NCBI GenBank assembly: GCA_963675595.2
Contig: CAXXLZ010000001.1
Span: 896,001-960,000 of the forward strand
Length of the DNA: 64,000 nt
Direction of reading: 5' to 3'
Origin: Thermodesulfobacteriota bacterium
GTDB lineage: Bacteria; Desulfobacterota; Desulfarculia; JACQYL01
Position 1 is the first letter of the stretch, and each line of letters opens with the position of its first letter. A program made the position numbers and the translations under genes. This document shows, piece by piece, positions 53,202 to 61,242 of the stretch. The notes under the pieces are model-generated. The model was not told the DNA's origin and did no database searches. It saw only the letters and a list, made by a program, of their open reading frames with translations.

Positions 53202-53387
53202 ATGACCCGTGAAATACTCAAACGACAGATACAGGAATTGAATTCCACGATCGGTGAGCTCAGGGATGGGATCGCGGTGGAGACGAAGATCGGATTTCAG
53301 TGCGACACGTGCCAAACGCTCAGGTCCATGGTTGCTCTTCGAAGCAGGCTCCTCGAAGATTACCTACAAACGAGACGGGAGGCGTAA
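53202..53387 (+). CDS. Small hypothetical coiled-coil protein with CxxC
   Basis: GAGGAGG RBS, 61 aa, leads into the USP genes. Confidence 0.6.
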   Translation: MTREILKRQIQELNSTIGELRDGIAVETKIGFQCDTCQTLRSMVALRSRLLEDYLQTRREA

Positions 53388-53406
53388 TTCCTCCGGGAGG
53401 TGAACC

Positions 53407-54348
53407 ATGGACGGCGGGGAAAGCAGGAAGATTCTGGTCGCGTTGGACGGTTCGGCTCAGTCGATGGCCGCGGTGAAATACGTGGCTGCCACGGCCTTCG
53501 ATGGGGAAGCGAGGCTTGTCCTCACTCACGTTCTAAGCAGGGTCCCGGAAAGCTGTTACGATCTGGCCAAGTTCCCGGACCTCAAAGAGAAAGTGGCTGT
53601 TCTCCGGGAGTGGGATGCAAGCAATGAGAAGGCGGTTCGGGATTTTCTGAAAAAGTGCGAGGAAGTATGCTGGGCGGAAGGATTGGCGGAGAATCGTGTT
53701 CACGTGGCGGTCAAGGAATTGCAGCGGGGCGTTGCCCGCGACCTTCTGGATGAATCCCGTGACGGATATTCAGCCGTGGTCCTTGGAAGAGTGGGGAAAA
53801 GCAAAGTCAAAGATCTTGTGATGGGGAGCGTGGCCAACAAACTGATAGGGCGTCTGGGGCACGTTCCCGTTTGGGTAATCGGCGGCAACCCGAAACCGGG
53901 GCGTCTTCTCGTTGCAATGGACGGCTCGGAGACCTCGCTGAAAACGGTCCGATACGTGGCTTCAACGCTGGATATGCGCAGACAGGAAGTGTGCCTTTAC
54001 CACGTAAGTCGCGCTACGGAGAGTTCGGACCTGCACGGCGGCCCGGTGGACGCCGACTTGGATCTTTATATTCAAGGCTTGTACCGGGACCAAACGGACC
54101 GCGTGATGCGGGAAGCGAGGGACCTGCTGATTGCGGCGGGCGCGGAACCGCAACGGCTGAAATTGAAATATGAATCCGGCAAGGCCTCGCGGGCGGACGC
54201 CATCGTCCAGGAGGCCGATTGCGGGGGTTATGACACCATAGTGCTCGGTCGGAAGGGAGTCTCCAAGGTCGAGGAATTTCTGATAGGACGTGTGAGCGCC
54301 AAGGTGCTCCACAAAGCGAGAGAACAAGCGGTATGGGTGGTGGATTAG
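53407..54348 (+). CDS. Tandem-domain universal stress protein
   Basis: ILVALDGS, GRVG...GSV, GRKG...GRVS. Confidence 0.9.
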   Translation: MDGGESRKILVALDGSAQSMAAVKYVAATAFDGEARLVLTHVLSRVPESCYDLAKFPDLKEKVAVLREWDASNEKAVRDFLKKCEEVCWAEGLAENRVHVAVKELQRGVARDLLDESRDGYSAVVLGRVGKSKVKDLVMGSVANKLIGRLGHVPVWVIGGNPKPGRLLVAMDGSETSLKTVRYVASTLDMRRQEVCLYHVSRATESSDLHGGPVDADLDLYIQGLYRDQTDRVMREARDLLIAAGAEPQRLKLKYESGKASRADAIVQEADCGGYDTIVLGRKGVSKVEEFLIGRVSAKVLHKAREQAVWVVD

Positions 54349-54484
54349 CGGCTTTCGACCACTAAGGGGAAGGATGCTCCGCCCGTGGAAAGCCGCTTGG
54401 AAGGCCGTTGCGCCCTTTTTGCAGCCCGTTGGAGACGGGGTGTAATCGGTTCTGAACATCCTGATAGTCGGAGGTAGTCGGGCA

Positions 54485-55426
54485 ATGGGGAATACCAAGA
54501 AGAGAATTTTGGCGGCTGTAGACGGTTCGGTGCATTCACTTGAAGCCGTGAAGTATGTAGGCACGCTGCTGCCGGCGGAAAAAGTGGAAGTGACCCTGTT
54601 CAACGTGAAGGACAAGATTCCGGAGTTGTACTACGATGTTGAAGTCAACCCGGAGTTTCACCCGACCCTCGGAGCTTTCAAGGAGTGGGCTTTGGAGGAG
54701 GAGAAAGCCGTCGATGAATTCATGAACAAATGTCGGGAGTCTTTGGTCGAAAACGGCGTTCCCGGTGACGCGGTAACCATTGCGGTGCGGGAAAGGCGGC
54801 AAGGAATCGCCCGTGACATAGCCGAGGAGTCCCGGAATGGATACGACGCGGTGGCCGTGGGAAAACGGGGTCGAAGTCCGTTAAAGGACCTGGTGCTTGG
54901 GAGCATCGCCACGAAGCTCATCGGCAAGTTGACTCATGTGCCGCTGTGGGTGGTTGGAGGAAGGCCCCGTGCCGGAAAGGTCCTGGTAGGCTTTGACGGT
55001 TCGGAAGGCGCCATGGCGGCGGTGGACTATGTCGGAAGCATGCTTGGGGGGTCCGATGCCGAAATTTGCCTGGTGCACGTGGGGCGAGTTCTGGACATCT
55101 ATCGGGAAACCTATGAAGTGATATTCAATTCCGAGGAAACTCAGAAGTGGCTTGATGAAGCCAAGGTTCAAATTTCATCGGCCATGGAAAAGGCGAAGGC
55201 GCGACTCATGGATGCGGGAATTCCGGAGAATCGCGTGAAAGCCAAGGTGATTACGGGAAAGAGCAGCAGGGCGGAGGCCATTGTGGACGAAGCCAAGGAA
55301 AACGACTATGGCACCATCGTGGTGGGGAGGCGAGGGATTTCCAAAGTCGAGGAGTTCCTGATCGGCCGGGTCGGCAACAAGGTCATTCACCTGTCAAGAG
55401 ACGCGGCGGTTTGGGTCGTCGGCTGA
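54485..55426 (+). CDS. Tandem-domain universal stress protein
   Basis: ILAAVDGS, GKRG...GSI, GRRG...GRVG. Confidence 0.9.
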   Translation: MGNTKKRILAAVDGSVHSLEAVKYVGTLLPAEKVEVTLFNVKDKIPELYYDVEVNPEFHPTLGAFKEWALEEEKAVDEFMNKCRESLVENGVPGDAVTIAVRERRQGIARDIAEESRNGYDAVAVGKRGRSPLKDLVLGSIATKLIGKLTHVPLWVVGGRPRAGKVLVGFDGSEGAMAAVDYVGSMLGGSDAEICLVHVGRVLDIYRETYEVIFNSEETQKWLDEAKVQISSAMEKAKARLMDAGIPENRVKAKVITGKSSRAEAIVDEAKENDYGTIVVGRRGISKVEEFLIGRVGNKVIHLSRDAAVWVVG

Positions 55427-55629
55427 TTCGCCGTACCTTCACCCGGGACCGAGAGGTGCGGAATCTCTTCGACCGATGGGGAGTAAATTCACGCTCGGCG
55501 GAATACCGGAACCACGATTCCGCGGGCGGTTCCTTTTGGGGAGCAGGGATACGAAACCTTGCTCCCCATGTCGCGTTCGGCACTGCGGGGAAAAAGCGGC
55601 GCAATCATTCACGGGGGGGCCTGTCTATT

Positions 55630-55655
55630 GTAGGGGCAGGCCATAGTGCCTGCCC
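55630..55655 (+). repeat. GTAG-type REP-like palindrome
   Basis: GTAG-GGGCAGGC-catagt-GCCTGCCC. Confidence 0.55.
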
Positions 55656-55855
55656 AAGAGACGGCCGAAGGCCCACCTTTTCCGCTGTGCCCCCCGTGCC
55701 GGCGCCCCTCTGCGGCACACCCCGTGAATAGGTGCAAAGCGTAGCCCCGCCTGATCCGGATTTGAAGACGGTTCGGATGGGCGAAGGTGTTTTCCATCCT
55801 TGCGACGGCCCCGTGTGGGGCGACGCGAGTGAGAGACTTGGAAGGAGAACCGGCC

Positions 55856-56536
55856 ATGTTGGTCAAGAATTGGATGACACGGAACGTGATCACGGTAAAC
55901 GCCGATGACTCGATGCGACGGGCCGTAGAGCTGATCAAGGAAAACAAGATCAATCGGCTCCCCGTGCTCAAGAACGGCGAGTTGGTCGGGATCGTCACCG
56001 ACGGGGACATCAAACGTGCGTCCGCTTCGGACGCCACTTCACTCGAAATCCACGAGTTGCTCTACCTGATATCAAAGATCGCCGTCGCCGATATTATGAC
56101 GCCCGACCCCATAACGGTTCCCCCGGACTATACGGTGGAAGAAGTCGCCATGATGTTGCGGGAGAAGGGGATTTCCGGTGTTCCCGTGACGGAGAACGGA
56201 AGTCTGGTAGGCATCATCACTCAGAACGATCTGTTCGATGTCTTGATCTCCCTCACGGGCATGGGAAAGCGCGGGGTACAATTCGCCTTCGATCTGGAAG
56301 ATCGGCCGGGTTCCATCAAAGAGGTGACGGACGTGATCAGGGAGTACGGAGGAAGACTCGTAAGCATCCTCAGCACCTCGGATCGTGCTCCGGAAGGCCG
56401 CAGGCAAGTCTTCATCAGGGCTCACCATCTTGACCGGGAACGGTTGCGGGAACTGAAGGAGAGATTGGCGACCAAGGCGCCCCTCAAGTACTTCGTGGAT
56501 CACGCGAGCGGTGTACGGGAAATCTATTCGGAGTGA
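55856..56536 (+). CDS. CBS-pair + ACT domain protein (AcuB-like)
   Basis: MLVKNWMT, LPV...LVGIVTD, DRPGSI ACT motif; GGAG RBS. Confidence 0.88.
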   Translation: MLVKNWMTRNVITVNADDSMRRAVELIKENKINRLPVLKNGELVGIVTDGDIKRASASDATSLEIHELLYLISKIAVADIMTPDPITVPPDYTVEEVAMMLREKGISGVPVTENGSLVGIITQNDLFDVLISLTGMGKRGVQFAFDLEDRPGSIKEVTDVIREYGGRLVSILSTSDRAPEGRRQVFIRAHHLDRERLRELKERLATKAPLKYFVDHASGVREIYSE

Positions 56537-56596
56537 TGGAGGCTTGACGGATATTCACCCCGGTCAGGGCCGCCCAACCGCGGTATATGGACAAAC

Positions 56597-57394
56597 TTAA
56601 GCCCCTTTTTCCAGGGTCTTTTTGATCATCCGGCTCACCGCCTCCTTTGCTTCGCGGCCCGGCGGATAAGACATGTGCTTGATGGGTATCACTTGAATAG
56701 TCCGTCTGGAATCGGTTTGTGCGGTATAGACATTTCCCATCGCGTCATTCACGGATTTGGGCATGGGTTTCTTGAAGCGAAGAAGGGTCTGAAGCTGTTC
56801 CATGGCGTCATTGCCCATGGGGACGATGATTCGGAAAGGGCATTCCGAGAGCAGCCGGAGCGTAAATTCTCTCTGGTGGCCTGCCGTTCGCTCTCTTTCC
56901 ATCACCGAGTCACCAAGCCAACCCTTCTTGCTCTTGTAGCGGCAAGCCTGAATCAGGACGGCATGCTCTCCTAAGCGAAAATCCCCGTCGCTGACTTCGG
57001 CAAGATACTCCTTTCCAAATTTCTCAATGTTGTTCCAAAGTCTTGACAGCTTCCGCCCACCGTCGGTTTTTGTCACAAATATCCTGTTTTTTTCGTCTCG
57101 ATTCTCCCGGTTGTAACGAGAACGAAAGAACGCGTCGTATTTTTCGAAAGTCCACTTCGGATGAAGGGACGGAATATTTTCGTCTTCGGTGATGCTCGGG
57201 TTGAGGCCCATGAAGGCCATTCCCAGCTTGGACTGGTTCCCTGAAAAGGGTTCGGGCAGTTGAAAGGGCTCATAACCCTCTCTTTTTTGCCAATCCACAA
57301 AATGGCGACAAGGATGCTTTCGATCCTGCACCGCTGCGAGTGCGTCTTCGTAGACCGCTTTGCTGTAGCTCTTCGTGATTACAACCGGCTTCAT
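56597..57394 (-). CDS. Hypothetical protein, uracil-DNA-glycosylase-superfamily-like
   Basis: LPEPFSG, FMGLNPS, IIVPMG, IPIKHMSY; GGAGG RBS. Confidence 0.6.
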   Translation of the reverse strand: MKPVVITKSYSKAVYEDALAAVQDRKHPCRHFVDWQKREGYEPFQLPEPFSGNQSKLGMAFMGLNPSITEDENIPSLHPKWTFEKYDAFFRSRYNRENRDEKNRIFVTKTDGGRKLSRLWNNIEKFGKEYLAEVSDGDFRLGEHAVLIQACRYKSKKGWLGDSVMERERTAGHQREFTLRLLSECPFRIIVPMGNDAMEQLQTLLRFKKPMPKSVNDAMGNVYTAQTDSRRTIQVIPIKHMSYPPGREAKEAVSRMIKKTLEKGA

Positions 57395-57528
57395 TGATTA
57401 TTCCTCCCAGCTCCGAGTACTTTAGGTTTTGCCGCCAAACGGATTTTGGTAGCATTCAGGTAAACCAATAACCCAAGGTGGATGGATTTCAGGTTGCCGT
57501 TACGGTACGGTGCCACAGCCTCTTTCCC

Positions 57529-58188
57529 TCAACCGCGCAGCACCCCTCGATAAACCCTCCTCAGCCCGGCAAGGCCTGCCAGGCCCGAACCCATCAGCAG
57601 GATCGAGGCAGGCACCGGCACGGGATCCAATCCCAGTGTTGCACCGACATTGCCGTCGTGAACAGCCCAGACCTGGGCGAGCGTGCCGATGTAGCTTCCG
57701 TCCTGGGCGCCGGTGAACCAGTTGAAGAGCCAAGCGCCGTTAGGGTCGCCGGCCAGGGGGGTGACCGACCACCATGAGGAATTGGTGTCGGTGTAGGCAT
57801 CTATGTGTTCGAAGGGGCCCGGATTGGAAAATCCGTAATAGCCCGCGGAGTTCCCCAGGAGGACATAGTACAGGTAGGCCATTTCACTGTCGGTTTGATT
57901 GAACTTGTCGCCGGGTGGGTCCGAAGGAACCGTGGCCGGCAATCGCCAGCCGGAGACGCCCATGTAGTTCAAGGTTTGCGCCCAGACGTTGGCCTGGGGC
58001 CACGTCATCAATCCATCGTCGTCGTAACCGGAGGTCAGGGAGTATTTCGCATCCTGCAACCAAGTGAGATTTTGATCCGTATCGTAAATCAGCCCGAAAC
58101 CGTAGTCCACGAGGGAGGCGTGTAAAAGGCAAGGAGTCACTGCGGACAGCGCAGCCAAACAGCACAACAGAATCGATAGTCTTCGCAT
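57529..58188 (-). CDS. Secreted DUF1566/Lcl-like protein with VPLPA/PEP-CTERM sorting signal
   Basis: Signal peptide, YDTDQNLTWLQDA, WRLP, WAVHDG, VPVPASILLMGSGLAGLAGLRR. Confidence 0.85.
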   Translation of the reverse strand: MRRLSILLCCLAALSAVTPCLLHASLVDYGFGLIYDTDQNLTWLQDAKYSLTSGYDDDGLMTWPQANVWAQTLNYMGVSGWRLPATVPSDPPGDKFNQTDSEMAYLYYVLLGNSAGYYGFSNPGPFEHIDAYTDTNSSWWSVTPLAGDPNGAWLFNWFTGAQDGSYIGTLAQVWAVHDGNVGATLGLDPVPVPASILLMGSGLAGLAGLRRVYRGVLRG

Positions 58189-58510
58189 AGATATTCCTCC
58201 AGTAGTTAAGGTCATTCCTTTACTTCCATTCAATAAGAAAAGCATTCATGGCCTCACATCAGGTTCGGTTCGACCTTTTCATCATAAGGACGGGTTGATG
58301 CCCCCAGCAAAAGGAAATACAGCTTTGGACTAAGGCGATGGGCTGCGCGAATCAAAAGAAGTATCCCGACATATACATCCGAAACTTCGGGATGTCATAT
58401 TGGTTCCAACGAACGTTCACCAAAAGCTGTGATCCAGTTTCTTTCAGGCTAAATACATCGCAAGATGCCAGGCTTGATTTCAATCATAACCATATCATTT
58501 GCTATTTTCA

Positions 58511-58630
58511 TTATTTCCTAGAACGGATGTTTGAAGATCCAATAAACGTAAGAATAGCTCCAAAAATGATAAGGGGAAGGAAATTTATCAGCAGTAGAAT
58601 GATCATGGTCCATTTAATAAATCTGATCAT
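58511..58630 (-). CDS. Putative 39-aa hydrophobic peptide at the CRISPR trailer
   Basis: MIRFIKWTMIILLLINFLPLIIFGAILTFIGSSNIRSRK*; AT-rich region, weak RBS. Confidence 0.3.
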   Translation of the reverse strand: MIRFIKWTMIILLLINFLPLIIFGAILTFIGSSNIRSRK

Positions 58631-58699
58631 GGTTGCTCTTGACCTAAGGGTTATATGTTTTTCAAGAGTTTTGTAGGTTCTATATGCAATATGTTATCC

Positions 58700-59495
58700 G
58701 CAACAATCCCTTCCTATTCAGGTCTGTTATTCCAATGGGGGCGTCAATTACCCATCAATTAAGCAGGGAGGACGTCTCAATCCCTTCTTATTCAGGTCTG
58801 TTATTCCAATCAACGGCAATGGTGACAACCCACAAGTGTGTTGTTGTTGGTCTCAATCCCTTCTTATTCAGGTCTGTTATTCCAATAAAAACGCCCCTGT
58901 GCAAGCCCTGTTGTTAAAGGGTGGGTCTCAATCCCTTCTTATTCAGGTCTGTTATTCCAATCACATGCCCGGACCATGGCAAGGGTGGCCGACTACACGT
59001 CTCAATCCCTTCTTATTCAGGTCTGTTATTCCAATACTGGTTAAGGACGGTGTTTACGCCGGTGACGCCCTTGGGTCTCAATCCCTTCTTATTCAGGTCT
59101 GTTATTCCAATGGAGAAGAAGGAGAAGGATCTCCTGGAACTGTTGAGGAAAGTCTCAATCCCTTCTTATTCAGGTCTGTTATTCCAATCATGTCACAAGG
59201 TCGGCTTTGGTCAATTTGTCCATTGGGCAGTCTCAATCCCTTCTTATTCAGGTCTGTTATTCCAATTATACCTATATATTGGACAGCACTCCTCCTTCGT
59301 GCCTGCGTCTCAATCCCTTCTTATTCAGGTCTGTTATTCCAATGGACAACATGGCAAAGCAAGCGGTAGTACAACAGCACAAGTCTCAATCCCTTCTTAT
59401 TCAGGTCTGTTATTCCAATCGACGACGGTACAGCAGCACAAGTGTGTAGTAATGGTAGGTCTCAATCCCTTCTTATTCAGGTCTGTTATTCCAAT
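58700..59495 (-). CRISPR. CRISPR array: 11 repeats of 37 nt (terminal copy degenerate) and 10 spacers of 37-41 nt
   Basis: Repeat (minus strand) ATTGGAATAACAGACCTGAATAAGAAGGGATTGAGAC. Plus-strand starts at 58700 (degenerate), 58774, 58850, 58925, 58999, 59075, 59152, 59230, 59307, 59383 and 59459. Confidence 0.98.
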
Positions 59496-59774
59496 CCTCC
59501 CTTCTCCAACCTCCGAATCTTCCAATAAAAACACGTCCGATTTCGCGCATCCCCCTCGTTTGAAAAAGTAAAAATAGTTTCCTTCATGTTGTCCCTCCAA
59601 TGATCCTGTAATTTCAATAAGTTATCGTTTCGCGCAACGTTTCAGTTCCTTCCAATGATTCCGGACACTTGCATCATATCCCGCCAAATCTAAATCATGC
59701 GCGGAAAACCTACGGAACTAGTTGAAATCATTTGTTATCCTCTTTGGGTCAGCAAATATCCCAAAGATGGCAAG
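59496..59774 (-). promoter_or_regulatory. CRISPR leader
   Basis: AT-rich non-coding stretch between cas2 and the first perfect repeat, at the opposite end from the degenerate repeat. Confidence 0.75.
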
Positions 59775-60050
59775 CTACACCACGATCACCTCCTCGTCCT
59801 CGACGATCGCACCCACTCCCACGATCTCCACTCTGTCTTTGCAGCGTTCGCAAAGCAGGTAATATCTCACTCCGTCTTCTTCCTTATCCAACTCCCGCTC
59901 CACAAGCTCACGCATCTTCAAGAACCGCCGATCGTCCAACCTGCATTCGAACACGCTCTTCTGAACCCGCCGGCCGTAGCGCGTAAGCAGCTTGGCCACC
60001 CTGTTTCGCGTCCGATCATCCACAATATCATAGGAAACCACCACATGCAT
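59775..60050 (-). CDS. cas2: CRISPR-associated endonuclease Cas2
   Basis: VVSYDI.DD, RVQKSVFEC, DGVRYY. Confidence 0.95.
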   Translation of the reverse strand: MHVVVSYDIVDDRTRNRVAKLLTRYGRRVQKSVFECRLDDRRFLKMRELVERELDKEEDGVRYYLLCERCKDRVEIVGVGAIVEDEEVIVV

Positions 60051-60059
60051 ACGCGCCTC

Positions 60060-61109
60060 CTATTTCATGGGATACGGCACGTATTCCCCGTTCCCCTGAA
60101 TACAACGGGCGCACAACCGTACCTGTTCGAGGCAAACGTCCCGATACGTCAATCGCTTACCCGTGGGTACATACATGACCCGCCCGTTCAGCTTCCGTTC
60201 GAACCGTGTGATGAACTTGCGCATCCCTTGATGGGTCAACAGCACCGGGTACCCCTCCTTGGGCGTTTCTGCCTCGGCGAAATCGTACGCCGCGGGTTCC
60301 TTCTCTTCCGGGTAGTAGAAGTCGGTGAGCCGGATTTCCTTTCGATTGATCATGTGCATGACCAAGGAGTCCACCAGGACGGGACGGAACTCCTCCATCA
60401 AGTCCAGCGCCAAGGAAGGCCGGCCGTAATCCACCGCATGGAGGCATCCCAGGTACGGGTCCAATCCGACCACGTTCACCTGGGTTTGCACGGCGTTGGC
60501 CAGCAGCGTGTACCCCAGACTCAACAGGGCGTTGACCGGGTCGCGGGGAGGCCTTCGGTTCCTTCCTTCGAAAATGAAACCGTCGCCCGAGATCAACTGC
60601 CCCAATCCTTGAAAGTATTCCACCGCGGCGCGGCCTTCAACGCCCATCAGGGCCTCGATGCTCTCCATCTCCTCGATGCGCCCGGACAGCAGGCGAATGC
60701 GGTGAAGCTTCTCGATCACCGGTTCCAGGCCGGTCCGTTGGTTCAATCTCCTGAGGAGGGTCCGGCTGTTGGCCAGCTTGCCGGCCAAGATTCTCTTGGC
60801 CGTGTCGAGACGAAATTCCGCATCGTCCATCTTGCGAAACTGGGCCCGACGCAACTCGATGTTCTTGCCGAATTGGGAGATCAACCGACCCCTGTACTTT
60901 CCGTGCACAGACATGAACACCGTATCGATTCCTTCGGTCAACAGATAACCGATCATGACCGGAGACAGGCTTACGTTGCCCATGACCACCACCTGGTTCA
61001 CTTTGAAGGCGTGAACCCATTGGATGGTCTTGCCCATCTTGCGCACTTCGATCCGGTCTCCGCGTTTCACAAGGCTTGCTCCCTGATCCCCCACATACAA
61101 AATGGACAT
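60060..61109 (-). CDS. cas1: CRISPR-associated endonuclease Cas1
   Basis: GVEG, RRPPRDPVNALLSLGY, GCLH, LALDLMEEFRP. Confidence 0.97.
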   Translation of the reverse strand: MSILYVGDQGASLVKRGDRIEVRKMGKTIQWVHAFKVNQVVVMGNVSLSPVMIGYLLTEGIDTVFMSVHGKYRGRLISQFGKNIELRRAQFRKMDDAEFRLDTAKRILAGKLANSRTLLRRLNQRTGLEPVIEKLHRIRLLSGRIEEMESIEALMGVEGRAAVEYFQGLGQLISGDGFIFEGRNRRPPRDPVNALLSLGYTLLANAVQTQVNVVGLDPYLGCLHAVDYGRPSLALDLMEEFRPVLVDSLVMHMINRKEIRLTDFYYPEEKEPAAYDFAEAETPKEGYPVLLTHQGMRKFITRFERKLNGRVMYVPTGKRLTYRDVCLEQVRLCARCIQGNGEYVPYPMK

Positions 61110-61242
61110 GTCCCATTTACCCGGCCGTTCAGGAGGCGAACTCCTGAAATGAAGGAGTTACAAGCCTGTTCGTCCTCGATTCGGTGAAAAACATCGCAGA
61201 AAACCGAGTGCCGATCGTCTGAGGTTTCAATTGAGCGGCTAT

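Noticed and set aside
58684-59571. ORFs with repeated peptides (LNPFLFRSVIP etc.)
   Set aside because: Translations of the CRISPR repeats.
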